Part shown: positions 1 through 11,064 of the stretch, one piece after another
Layout: the number at the start of each line of letters is the position of its first letter
Numbering within the stretch: position 1 is the stretch's first letter
From: an uncultured delta proteobacterium
GTDB taxonomy: Bacteria; Desulfobacterota; Desulfuromonadia; Desulfuromonadales; JACZKF01
NCBI GenBank assembly: GCA_963816395.1
Contig: CAWFKQ010000016.1
Span: 192,001-256,000, forward strand
Length of the DNA stretch: 64,000 bases
Direction: 5' to 3'
Translations under genes and position numbers: made by a program
Notes under the pieces: generated by a model
Told to the model about the DNA's origin: nothing
Database searches by the model: none
The model's input: the letters and a program-made list of their open reading frames with translations, nothing else

Positions 1-645
1 CACCCCTCCGGCACCCCATCCACAATGCGGGTGTGCTCATGGCCGGGAAAACGCAGCCGCACGAACCACTCGCGGTAAAGCAGCCGCGCCGACTCCTCCA
101 GCAGCGCCATGCGGCGGCGGTTGTTTTCGATCAGGTCGTCGTAGGCGGAGAGGGTCGAGGCGATCTCGTTCTGGACATCGGCGGAGGGGTATCGGACCGG
201 CAACTCTGACACAATCCTCGCGCTAAGCGTTAGGCATAGTGGTGCCGACTGCATGCTGAACAACCATTGAACGACGTGGTCCTGTTCATGAAATAGTGGA
301 GCGAACTCGGGTTTGAGCACTTTCGCCATCGATTCGAATTTGAGACACCCTGTGCCGCAAAGCCATCCCTCTGTTCCACTCTATTGAGCTCGTTTCGTAA
401 CATCTCCCCGCAGCGGTAAACCAATAGCGCCCGGTTTCAGCTTGTGGCGAGCAGTCGGCTTGCTGTTCTTCGGAAATGCGGGCAATTGAGTCTCTGAGAT
501 TCGCCCATCGGCGATATCTTGGGCATAACAACTGGGATGCCCTTCGGCTATAATCGGCCTGATGGAGTTGAGAACCGGGGCCGGTTTGAATCAGTCCACC
601 GTTTCGATGGTGAGACTCCCCGAGGGTTGCGACATGCCAGCTCAT
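1..645 (-). CDS. hsdS: Type I restriction-modification specificity subunit, runs off left edge, frameshifted
   Basis: Starts MSWHVATLG..GLIQTGP. The minus strand of 1-200 reads the conserved spacer LSAYDDLIENNRRRMALLEESARLLYREWFVRLRFPGHE..GVPEG. The variable TRD segment has lower GC. Confidence 0.9.
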
Positions 646-3062
646 GCCCCTAGCTCCCTCAAAATTCTCCTGAATCCTCGCCGCCAGTTCCACCGCCTCC
701 CGGTTCAAATCCGCAAGCTCCAAATGGATGTCCCGCAGCGCCTGCTCGAAATCGAAATCCTCATCCACTTCCGCCGGCGCGACGCCGACGTAGCGGCCGG
801 GGGTGAGGCTCCAGTCAGCGGCGTCGATTTCGGCGCGGGTGACCACCCTGCACAGCCCCGGCACGGCTCGCATCTCGGCCTCGGGAAAACGCTCCTGCAG
901 CCAATGGGCCTGCTTCCAGAAGTAGCGCACCTGTTTCAGTTGCTCGACTGCGTCCTTCGCTCGCCTCATCGAGCATTTTGCGGACTTTCCTGATCTCCCG
1001 GCTGTTCCAGCCCTCGTAATCCTTCGCCCCGAGTTCCGACTCACACCGGTCGATCATGCGTCCCGCAAGCTTTGCCAGTAGATCCAGTTCCTTGACGCAG
1101 TCCCGGCAACCTCGGCCAGAGGCGAAATCTTCTCTGTCATCTGATGGAGGCCCGTATTTCCCGCCGGCATGCTTTCGAGGTATTCGTATCGCAGATTCTC
1201 GGCCTTCTGGACCAGCCCTCGCATCCCCCAGGCATCAGTCTCAAATGCAGCCTCCAGCTCTTTCAAATCAGAAAGGGCGCCCGGATCTTTTCGCTCCTGG
1301 ATCAACTGCTTGGCACGCTCGATCAGCGTCACCATCTGCACGTTGAATTCGGAAAGCAGCGGAGAAAGATCCCGCGGTCTTCTCCAAGGCTGACTTCAGG
1401 TGTTCGGCAACCAGGCCGAGGAAGCGGTCCGACTGCCCGCGGTAGAGCCAGACGATGGCGGTGAGGTTCGCGAGCTGCTCGGGGGTGAAGTCGTAGATCT
1501 TGCGCGTGACCTTGCGGTAGACGTTGCGGGCGTCGAGCATCAGCACCTGGTCCGGCGCTCGGCGGGCTTGCCCTGGTCGAAGTGCCACAGCTCGCAGGGG
1601 ACGGTGCGGGTGTAGAAGAAGTTGGAGCGGATGGAGATCATCACGTCCACATCGCCGGTCTCGACGAGCTTGCGGCGCACCTCCTTCTCGCCGTGGCCGG
1701 CGCTGGAGGCCTGCGAGGACATGACGAAACCGGCCCGGCCCTTCGGCTCAGGTAGCTGTAGAAGTAGGAGATCCAGAGGTAGTTGCCGTTGCGAGACCTT
1801 CTTCTCCTTGTTCACGCCCGGCAGGCCGAAGGGGAGGCGCGCGGTCGTCCTTGATCTTCTCGGCATCGACCATGTCCACGTTGAACGGCGGATTGGCCAT
1901 GACGAAGTCGCACTTGCCGTAGCGAGGTTGTGCTCGTCCTGGTAGAAGGTGTTGGCCTCGCGGATGTCGCCCTCCAGCCCGTGGACGGCGAGGTTCATCT
2001 TGGCCAGGCGGATGGTGTGGCGGTTCTTCTCCTGGCCGTAGAAGATGACCCGCTTGCGTCGGTGTCGCTGCCCGTCGTGCTCGATGAAGTGGCTGGACTG
2101 CACGAACATGCCGCCGGAGCCGCAGGCCGGGTCGAACACGATGCCGTGGTCGGGCTCGATGACGTTGACGATCGTCTGCACGAGCGAGGGCGGGGTGAAG
2201 AACTCGCCGTTGTCCTGCGCCCCCTGCATGGCGAACTTCGTCAGGAAGTATTCGTAGATGCGGCCGAAGACGTCGCCGCTGGCGGCGCGCAGCGCCTCGC
2301 TGTCGAACATGCGCAGCAGATCTTCGAGCAGGTCGTTCTCGAAGATGTCGTAGTCCTTGGGCAGCTGCCCGCGCAGCGGCTCGAAGTCTGCCTCGATGGC
2401 GTTCATCGCCTCGACCAGCGCCGCGCCGAGGTCGGCGCCTTTGGGGAGGCTGAGCAGGATGCGTCGTAGCGGGCCTTCTCCGGCAGCATCAGCGCGCGGC
2501 GCTTGATGAAGTCCGCCTTGACGAGCACCGCGCTTGGGCATCTTGCCGGCCGCCTGGTCGGCCTCGATCTGCGCGCAAGGCGGCCTCGATAGCGGTTGGT
2601 GGCGTGGCGCAGGAAGATGACGCCCAGCACCGGCATGCAGTATTCGCTGGAGGTCAGCTTGGAGTTGGCGCGGAGGTTGTCGGCGGCTTCCCAGAGTTGA
2701 TCCTCAACGGCGGCAAAATCGGTGACGGACTTTGCAATAATAGTCCGTGCCTTGGGCGGAAGGTCCTCTGTCACAACGGAGGTTGTCTTTTTCGAAACAT
2801 CAGGTTTAGCTGGCGGTCCCGCAGGTAGGCACTTTTTGCGTGTGTCCGTTGATGATGGGGCGGAATCGGCCCGCAGCGCCTTTCGGAGGGATTTCTCCTG
2901 CGCCGGCGAGGGAACAGCTTTGCCGTTTTCCCACTGCGACACCTGAACCTGACTGACTCCGACCTTTGCTCCCAGTTCGGATTGGGACAAGCAGGCTGAC
3001 TTGCGGCTCTCACGAATCCACTGATAGCTGTTCAACTTCTTTGCTCCTGCGATTTCATTCAT
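642..3062 (-). CDS. hsdM: Type I N6-adenine methyltransferase with N-terminal XRE HTH, multiple frameshifts
   Basis: Fragments LWEAADNLRANSKL, GEFFTPPSLV, DPACGSGGMF and C-terminal WSLTPGRYVG. The N-terminus LSQSELGAKVGVSQVQVSQWENGKAVP is an XRE HTH. Confidence 0.9.
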
Positions 3063-3971
3063 TCTTCCCCAAAGTAATCCGAATCCACCCGCCTGATCTC
3101 GTAAATCGCCGTCGTCGTCACCCCCAGACCGAAGTCGATCATCAGCTCCGCCAGCTCCCGGCCGTCGATCAGAACCACTTTAGGATCGATCCGGGAAACA
3201 TAGTCGTGGGCCTCGGCAGAAAAGGAGCCGGTGGTGAGGAACACCCCCTTGCGCGCCCGCTTGCCGTGGAGCGCCCCAACAAACCGCTGGATCTCCGGCC
3301 GGCCGACCGTTCCCTCCCAGCGCTTGGCCTGGATGTAGATCGTGTCCAGCCCAAGCCGGTCCTCGTTGATGATGCCGTCGATCCCCTCATCCCCGCTCTT
3401 GCCGATCGCCTTCCCGGCCTCCCGGCGCGAGCCGCCGTAGCCCATCTTGACCAGGAGTTCCACAACCAGGCGCTCGAAAAAGGAAGGGGGCGCGGCCTTG
3501 ATCCGCTTGACCAGATCGGCGGCAACATCGTTGCGGATCTGCTGGTGGGCGGTTTCGAGCATCTCCTCAGGAGTAACCTTCTCCTGAGTTTCGGGAATTT
3601 CTTCAGTGGGGAGGCGTCCTTCTTGGAGGAAGCCCGGTGGAATCTACGAACTCAGGGAAGCGGTCGAGGAGTTTGATGCCGATACGATCAGGCTTTTCGG
3701 CCAGGACCTGTCGGCCGCGATCGGTGATCCGAAAGTAGCCGCGTCGGATGGGATTCAGGAGGCCGGCTTGCTGGAGATAGGTCTTCGCCCAGGCCACGCG
3801 GTTGTCGAACACCGCCTGCCGGCCGCTGGGGAGCAGTTCTTCGCGCTCTTCGTCGGTCACCCCCAGGCGCTTCGCCAGGGACTCCCGGGCCTCCCGGAGA
3901 GAGTGCTCCTGCCCGTCGGCAGCGAACTCCATGAGCGGCAACATCAAGGACTGGAAATCGGGAACAGCCAT
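3059..3971 (-). CDS. mrr: Mrr family type IV restriction endonuclease, frameshift near 3600
   Basis: Mrr_N (MAVPDFQSLMLPL..FDNRVAWAKTYL) plus catalytic domain (SGDEGIDG..IYIQAKRW..KGVFLTT). Confidence 0.93.
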
Positions 3972-4086
3972 AACATCCCCCGCAGGCATCGTAAATCAAT
4001 GCGCCACAGGGTAGCATTTTGGGGATGAGAATTGAAGAAAATAGGCATCTTCCGCAGAATCGGAACCGCCCCGGAGCCCCAAACTG

Positions 4087-4119
4087 AAAAGCCCCACTCC
4101 CGGGCCAGGAAGTGGGGCT
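4087..4119 (-). terminator. Intrinsic terminator after tRNA-Pro
   Basis: AGCCCCACT/AGTGGGGCT stem with a U-tract on the minus strand. Confidence 0.65.
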
Positions 4120-4147
4120 AATCTTTTGAAATCTATGGGGAAGGAAA

Positions 4148-4224
4148 TGGTCGGGGCGAGAGGATTTGAACCTCCGGCCCCCTGCTCCCGAAGCAGGTGC
4201 GCTACCAGGCTGCGCTACGCCCCG
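4148..4224 (-). tRNA. tRNA-Pro (anticodon CGG)
   Basis: Reverse complement CGGGGCGTAGCGCAGCCTGGTAGCGCA-CCTGC-TTCGGGA-GCAGG..GGTTCAAATCC..CCCCGACCA; 77 nt with encoded CCA. Confidence 0.97.
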
Positions 4225-4600
4225 ACGTGGGTCTTCCCAATCAACAGGTCGAAACAAATACCATGAAAGGAAAGGAAAAGCAAGAGGCTTTCCCGCACTC
4301 TGCTCTGCGCCATATTTGAAGGCTGCCCCAGAGATGGTGGCTCTAAGTTGCCAAAGGCTGGCGCAATCCACCACAGTGAACCGTGCTTCGGTCTTTCGTG
4401 TTGCCAACACCAGGTGTGCAGGAGTAATTCGGGGGGCCTGTCCCTTAAGGCATCATTAAGGTGAGAAGGGCAAAAAAATTAGAAAATTTTCATTCCTTGT
4501 CGCAAAAAATTTCTCTCCATACGGGCTAGAACTGTTACAGGGCGGGCGGCCCATGGGCGCCCGGTTGGGGGAGCGGTTTACCTCCGAACGGAAAGGCGAA

Positions 4601-7326
4601 ATGGAAAAGCACATCTCGCAGCAGGTCATCGAGCTTAGCGGCGATCCCTTCTACATTATCAATCCGGAGGCCGACTGCCGGTTCATCTATGTCAACGAGG
4701 CCACCTGCCGGCATTTCGGGCGCCCCCGGGTAGAGCTGCTGAGGCTGAGGCTTGCCGACGTGATCCCCGAGTTCGACGGGGAGCGCTGCGCGCGCTTCTG
4801 GCAGGAACTCAAGGAGAGGCGTTTCCTGTCTTTCGAGACCCGGCATCGGCATGCCGACGGGCGCGAATTGCCGGTGGAAATGACCGCCAACTATGTCGAT
4901 TACCAGGGGCGGGAGCTGGCTGCGGGGTGGCTGCGCGATCGCACCGAACGCCAGCAGGCGGAGCAGGCGCTGCAGGACAGGAACCGCCGCCTGCAGCTCC
5001 TCAGCGAACTGGCGGAGCGGCTGCTCGCCGCCGAGGCGCCGGTGGACGCGGCCCGGGCGGCTTACGGGCTGATTGCCGACGAACTGGATCTGCACGCCTA
5101 TTTCAATTACCTGGTTGAACCGGACGGGGGGCTGCGCCTGGACTCCTGGGCGGGCATTCCCGACCGGGCCGCCCATCTCATCGACCATCTCGATCCGGGG
5201 GAGGCCGTCTGCGGGCTGGTGGCCCTGGAGCGGGCAGCGCAGCATGTCACCGATATCCAGAATTCCTGCGAGGAGCGGGTTAAAGCTGATCCGGCGCTTC
5301 GGTTTCGGTGCCTACTTCTGCACTCCGCTCCTGGCCAGGGAGCACTTTCTCGGGACCCTCTCTTTCGCTACCCGCAGCCGGGAGCGGTTCACGGAGGAGG
5401 AGCTGGAGTTCCTGGGGACCGTGGCCCGCTACATCGCTCTTACCGACGAGCGGCTGCGGGCCGAACGGGAATTGCGCAGCAGTGAGGAGCGGTTCCGGCA
5501 TCTGGCCGATGCCATGCCGCAGCTGGTGTGGTCCGCCGACCCGGACGGCAAGGTGGACTACTACAGCCGGCGCCGGGACGAGTTCAGCGGTTTCAGCCGG
5601 GAGCCGGACGGCTCCTGGAAATGGGCGCCGGTGCTGCACCCGGATGACCTGGAAGCGACCGTGACGGCCTGGGAACAGGCCATTCGTACCGGCACCCCCT
5701 ATCAGGTGGAACACCGGGTGCGGCGCGCCGACGGGACCTTCCGCTGGTACATGAGCCGGGCGGTGCCCATCCGCGACGGGGAGGGCCGGCTGGTCAAATG
5801 GTACGGAACGACCACCGATATCGAGGATCTCAAGCGCACCGAAACGGCCCTGCGCGAGAGCGAAGCGCGGTTCCGGGCCTTCTTTGAGAACGCGGCGGTA
5901 GGGGCGACGGAAATGGACCTGAGCGCGCGCTTCATTCGGGTCAACGAGCGTTTCTGCCGGTTAACCGGATACGGCCGCGAGGAGCTGTTGCAGCTGACGC
6001 CCCACGACATCACCCTTCCGGCGGACCGGGGGCGCGAGCAGGAGGCGTTCGAGCAAGCTTCTGCGCGGGATATCGGACATCCTCGAGATTGAGAAGCGGT
6101 ACGTCCACAAGGACCGGGGCCTCATCTGGGTGCTGGAAACGACGAGTATTATCCGCGACGAGCGAGGGAAACCTCAGCGGCTGGCGGGCATCGTTCAGGA
6201 AATCACCGAACGCAAGCAGGCGGAAATGGAGCGCGAGCGACTGCTGGCCGAGTTTGAGGCTACCCTCAACGCCATGATCAATGCCGTCGTCATCTATGGA
6301 CATGACGGCGAGATCCGGCTCCTGAACCCGGCCGCCGAGAGGATCTTCGGCTATTCGCCGGAAATGAAAGCCAGGCCCCTGCGGGAGCGCAAGGAATCCC
6401 TGCACCCGGAGAGCCCGGATGGAGGGCCGTTCCCCCTGGAGCGGCTGCCGGCGGTGCGGGCGCTGGCCGGAGAGATAGTCCTCTCCGAGATCATGGCCTT
6501 GCATCCCGCCGGTTCGAGCCGCCCTCTGTGGGTCACGGTAAGCGCCGCCCCGATCCGCACCCCGGACGGGCGTATCCTCGGGGCGGTCTCCACCATGACC
6601 GACATCACCTCCCTGCATGAACTGCAGAAAGAGCGGGAGATGGTCATCCACACCATCTCCCACGACCTGCGCACCCCTCTGACCCTGGTGCAGGGACACG
6701 CCGAGCTGCTCGGCACGGCCTGCCGGGACGAGAATTCGCTGGCGCATCTGGAGGCGATCCGGATCAGCGCGGAGCGGATGAACGCCATGATCGAGGAACT
6801 GGTGGACGCCGCCCGGCTGGAAGGTGGAAAAGTCCACCTGACGACGGAACCTGTCTTTCTCGACCAGTTTCTCGGTGATCTGCTGCAGCGCGCCTCCTCG
6901 GCCCTGGAGACCGCCCGCATTATCGTCGAGGTACCGCCGGAACTTCCCCCCGTGGCCGCCGATCCCAACCGGCTGGAGCGTATCCTGAACAATCTGCTGA
7001 CCAATGCCTTGAAATATTCCCCGGACGACAGCCCCGTGGCGGTGCGGGCACAACGCAGCGGCGAGGAGGTTGTGATTTCCGTTCAGGACCGGGGGCAGGG
7101 GATTCATCCGGAAGACCAGCTGCATATCTTCGATCGCTTCTACCGGCCGCGGAGCGGTCGCAAGGCCGACAGCGTGGGGCTGGGCCTGTATATCACCCGC
7201 GTCCTGGTCGAAGCGCACGGGGGGCGGATCAGGGTGGAGAGCGAGCCGGGGGTGGGCAGCACTTTCTTCTTTACCCTGCCGGTTTGGGGAAACAGCGAGA
7301 TAGCGAGTAGCGAGGTAGCGAGCTAG
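4601..7326 (+). CDS. Multi-sensor histidine kinase (PAS-GAF-PAS-PAS-PAS-HisKA-HATPase), frameshifted
   Basis: Three consecutive ORFs with PAS/PAC motifs, H-box SHDLRTPL, N-box NLLTNALKYS and G-box GLGLYI. Confidence 0.88.
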
Positions 7327-7369
7327 TAAATTCTTCTTTCTGGTCAGTAATGACATTTTTCAACTATCT

Positions 7370-7472
7370 GAAGCAATTTACAGGGATAAGGGGATTAAGG
7401 GGATAAAACTTTATGAATTCCATGAATTTTCACTCCCTGCATCTCCTTCATCCCTGTTGAAAAAGATTTTGG
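7370..7472. repeat. 9-mer-periodic palindromic intergenic repeat, copy 1
   Basis: GAAGCAATTTACAGGGATAAGGGGATTAAG..TCCTTCATCCCTGTTGAAAAAGATTTTGG; both ends are shared with 17402-17514. Confidence 0.85.
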
Positions 7473-7498
7473 ATTATCTGACTACCTCACCTTCTTTT

Positions 7499-8323
7499 TC
7501 AAAAGCTGTAGAAAACGGCCAGGCCGGCACCGAAATCGGCGGTGCCGCTGGAGAGGCCGGTGCCCAGGTAGGCCTCCAGGGAAATGTCGTCGGTGGCCCA
7601 GTATTTTCCTTTGAGCCGGGCCTCCACCAGGTTGGGCGAATCGTCCGACGGGGGGGAAGACCACCACACCGACGACGGTGGGGAGAAACCTGTCCGTCAG
7701 CCGGTAACCGGCTTCCCCTTCCAGGGTGCCGTAATCCTTCAGGCCGAGATCGGAATTCGAGCCCTGGAAAATATAGCGCCCCTCCGCGAAGGTGTACCAG
7801 CGGCCGAACCATTTGACGGCGCCGAGGCCGCCCCCGACATCGAACTCGCCGGTCCCCAGCCCCTCGTCCTCGTCGGCGGTGGGGAACTTCAGATAGATGA
7901 GGGGGCGCACCGCCGGGAGGGTCTGGCTCTCCTGCAGAATGATATAGCCGGCGGTCAGGGTGATGTCCCCCAGGCCGCTCTGCGACTCGCTGGTATCGAA
8001 GGAGGTGCGCCGCATGCCCCGCCTGGTGTTCGACGGGAAAGCGCATGCCGCCGGAAACGATGGTGTTGCTGTTGCTCTGGTACAGGTAGGGAATGATCAG
8101 CTCGAAATCAAGGCGTTCGGTCGGGAAGTAATCGATGGTCAGCGGCACCCGGACGGAATCGGTAGTGGTATCGGTGCCGTAATCGCCGGTCGCGTAGTCG
8201 ACTCCCAGGCCGACGGCGAACTTTTTCGGCTCGGCGGCGAAGGAGAGGGTAGCGGCGAGAAGGAGCGCCACGGCCAGGGCCACTCCTCCACAGAACAATC
8301 TTACTTCCAGACCCTGTCGTCAT
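7499..8323 (-). CDS. Predicted outer-membrane beta-barrel protein, frameshifted
   Basis: Signal peptide, GLGDITL and KFPTADEDEGLGTGEFD motifs, alternating beta strands, C-terminal ..GLAVFYSF beta-signal. Confidence 0.7.
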
Positions 8324-8341
8324 CTTGACCTCCTGTGGCAG

Positions 8342-8374
8342 AAAAAAAGGGGCAGCCCCCGGCAGGGGCTGCCC
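8342..8374 (-). terminator. Intrinsic terminator
   Basis: GGGCAGCCCC/GGGGCTGCCC perfect stem plus U7 on the minus strand. Confidence 0.85.
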
Positions 8375-8395
8375 AATACTATAACGGGTAAATCG

Positions 8396-8919
8396 TTATT
8401 TTCCAGCCGGCGAGGCCGGAATGGCCGGAGTCGCTCCCTCCCCGGGGGCGCCGGGCTGGGCCGGGGTGGCGGGGGTGGCGCGGTGGATTTGCCCCTGGCA
8501 CCGATATCGCCGTTCTGCTGTTTCTGCTGGCCGTAATGGTTGCCGTTGTTGCCCCCCTGGAGACCTCCCTGGCCCTGCGTATTGCCGTTCCCCGGGCTGC
8601 CGTTACCCCCCTGATTCCCTTGCTGATACTGGTTCTGATTCTGATTGCGGATTCTGGCTCTGGTTCTGATTCTGCCCCTGTCCCTGTCGTCCCTGTCCCG
8701 TCCGCTCTGCCCCTGCCGGAACTGCCCTCCGCTCAGCCCCTGGCGGGAAAAGTCGGAAGAGCCCCGGCCGCTGAAGGCAGAACCGCCGAAATCGCTACCG
8801 CCCCGGCTGCCGCCGAAGCCGCCACCCCCCATGCCGCCGCCGCGGGCGAAGGCCATCCCGCCCATTCCCAGACTCATGGAGGCGGCAAGGAACGCTACCA
8901 GAAACATCTTGATTTTCAT
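8396..8919 (-). CDS. Secreted Gly/Asn/Gln-rich low-complexity protein, 3' end approximate
   Basis: Signal peptide MKIKMFLVAFLAASMSLGMGGMAFA, then RGG-, RD- and NQ/GN-rich tracts. Confidence 0.65.
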
Positions 8920-8982
8920 GACGCGAATCTCCTTTTGCAAAGTGTTAGGACCGGCAAGCCGTCTGTCTCTTGCCTTTCCCTC

Positions 8983-9011
8983 TTAGACGCGCCGACAGGT
9001 GAAAGGTTTAC
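8983..9011 (-). promoter_or_regulatory. Putative ECF sigma promoter, leftward
   Basis: GTAAACCTTT-N12-CGTCTAA on the minus strand. Confidence 0.75.
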
Positions 9012-9050
9012 GGGAAATTTGCGTACAGTGTAAATTTCCTGACAGCGCCG

Positions 9051-9079
9051 GTAAACCTTTGCCGTCCGGCTTCGTCTAA
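9051..9079 (+). promoter_or_regulatory. Putative ECF sigma promoter, rightward, autoregulatory
   Basis: GTAAACCTTT-N12-CGTCTAA, with identical boxes and spacing to the leftward copy. Confidence 0.75.
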
Positions 9080-9182
9080 AGGAGGCAGAACGGATATTCT
9101 GCCGCGGGACCCCGGGGCGCGGGGAGACCCGGACGCGCCGCCGACGATTGACACGGAAAGAAGGCGGGGATACCCTCCAACG

Positions 9183-9764
9183 ATGGATACCTGCTCCGAG
9201 AAAATGCTCCTGGCCCGGATCAGGGAAGGGGACGAGTCCGGTTTCGAGCCCCTGGTCGCCGCCCATTCCGCCCGTGCCATTACCCTCGCCTGGCGCCTGG
9301 TGGGAGACCGGGCGGACGCCGAGGATATCGCCCAGGAGGCCTTCCTGCGGCTCCATCGCAGTCTCCCCGGCTTTCGCGGCGACAGCTCGGTAGCCACCTG
9401 GCTGCACCGGACGGTGACCCGCCTGGCCATCGACCACCTGCGGCGCCGGAAGCTCAAGGAACGGATTTTCTTCTTCCGGCGCAGCAACGAGGAGGCGGAC
9501 CCGCTGGACTTCGCCCCCGATCCCGCCGCCTCCCCGGGGGAGCGCTGCCTTGCCGGAGAAATCCGGCGGCGCCTGAACCAGGCCATGCATCGACTCTCTG
9601 CCCGCCAGCGGGCGGTGTTCACCCTGCGCCACCATGAGGAGATGCCGCTGAAAGAGATCGCTGCCTTGCTGGAGCTGGAGGAAGGAACGGTCAAGGCCCA
9701 CCTGCACCGGGCCGTGCGCATCCTGCGCCAGGAGCTGCAGGACCTGCAAGGGGAGTCGTCATGA
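9183..9764 (+). CDS. ECF-type RNA polymerase sigma factor
   Basis: Region 2 DAEDIAQEAFL..FRGDSSVATWL; region 4 LSARQRAVFTLR..EIAALLELEEGTVKAHLHRA. Confidence 0.93.
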   Translation: MDTCSEKMLLARIREGDESGFEPLVAAHSARAITLAWRLVGDRADAEDIAQEAFLRLHRSLPGFRGDSSVATWLHRTVTRLAIDHLRRRKLKERIFFFRRSNEEADPLDFAPDPAASPGERCLAGEIRRRLNQAMHRLSARQRAVFTLRHHEEMPLKEIAALLELEEGTVKAHLHRAVRILRQELQDLQGESS

Positions 9765-10241
9765 GCAAGACATCCGGAGTATCTTTCTGCCGCCCGGAGA
9801 CCCTGACCTTGTACCACTACGGGGAGCTGGCGGCAGCCGACCGCCTGCAGGTTGAAGAGCATCTGCAGCGGTGTGCCGCCTGCCGCCGGGAATTGGCGCG
9901 AGCTGCAGGCCGTCCTGGGCCTGCTGCCGAAGACCGGAGCTGGAGACTTCCGCGGAGGAGATCCGGGCTTTCAACCAGCGGCTGAGCGGCGCCTCCGCCC
10001 GCCCATGCGCTGGCCGGTCAGGCCGGCCCTGGGCTGGTCCCTGGCCGCCGGTGCGGCGCTGCTGCTGACCGTGACCCTGCGGCCGCCGGCCCCGGAGCCG
10101 CTGCCGGCGGTACCGGGAGCGCGCCTGCAGATGAGCGGCCAGATGCCAGGTCTTCCCGACCCGGACCTCCTGCTGAACCTGGAACTGCTCGAGAATCTGG
10201 ACCTGCTCCAGGAACTCGAAGGGACGGGAAGCCAAGGATGA
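9761..10241 (+). CDS. zf-HC2 transmembrane anti-sigma factor, frameshifted
   Basis: HLQRCAAC (HxxxCxxC), one TM helix, tail DLLLNLELLENLDLLQELEG; ATGA overlap with the sigma gene. Confidence 0.85.
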
Positions 10242-10484
10242 AACGAGCGGTATGCGCCCTTTTCCTGGCCGGCTGCCAGTTCCTTTGGTCGGCCGCCGGC
10301 CTGCATGCGGAAGAGAACCGGGCGAAGCCGGAGAAGCAGAAGCCGGCCAAGGAGCGTCGAGATCAGCAGCGAGGACCGGCAGGTGATCCGCATGATGGAG
10401 CTGCTGCAGATGATGGAGTTGCTGAAGGATATGAAGCTGTTGGAGGGAAGGGAGATGAAGGCTGCCTCGGAGGACAAGAAATGA
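10238..10484 (+). CDS. Small secreted protein, one frameshift near 10357
   Basis: Signal peptide; the shifted frame reads VEISSEDRQVIRMMELLQMMELLKDMKLLEGREMKAASEDKK*, with its stop overlapping the next ATG. Confidence 0.65.
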
Positions 10485-11036
10485 ACGCGATCCGCATCGT
10501 CTGCATCCTGTTGCTGCTGCTCTCGCCGGTGGGCGCCCTGGCTGCCGGGCCGGGAGAAGCGGCGGGCCAGCCGGGCCTGGCGGCGGAGGCGCCGCTGAGC
10601 CGGGAGGCGCTGCAGCGTTGGCAGCAGCTCTCGCCCGAGGAGCAAGAGCAGCTGCGGGAGCGCTACCGTCAATATCAGGAGCTTTCGCCCCAGCAGCAGC
10701 AGCAACTGCAGCAGAATCTGGAGCGGTTCCGGGAAATGGACCCTCAGCAGAGAGAGCATCTGCTGGAGCGTTTTCAGCGCTGGCAGCAGCTGACTCCCGA
10801 ACACCGGGAGAACCTGCGCCGGATGTTCTCGCAATACAACCAGCTCGACCCGCAAAAGCAGCGGCAGCTGCGGCAGGAACTGCAGAAAATTCGGGATCTG
10901 CCGCCGGATGAACAGACCCGGCGGCGACAGGAGCTGCACCGCGACTTCTTCGGCAGCGGCGGAGGGATGGGGGGCGGCATGGGCGGCGGCAGGCATGGGC
11001 GGCGGCAGGATGGGCGGCGGTCACATGGGGCGCTAG
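10481..11036 (+). CDS. DUF3106-like periplasmic helical-repeat protein
   Basis: Signal peptide plus repeated (W/Y/F)xxLxPxxxxxL units and a GGGM tail; probable frameshift near 10990. Confidence 0.8.
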
Positions 11037-11064
11037 TTCCCCCTCTCCTGCCTGCGGATGTCAG

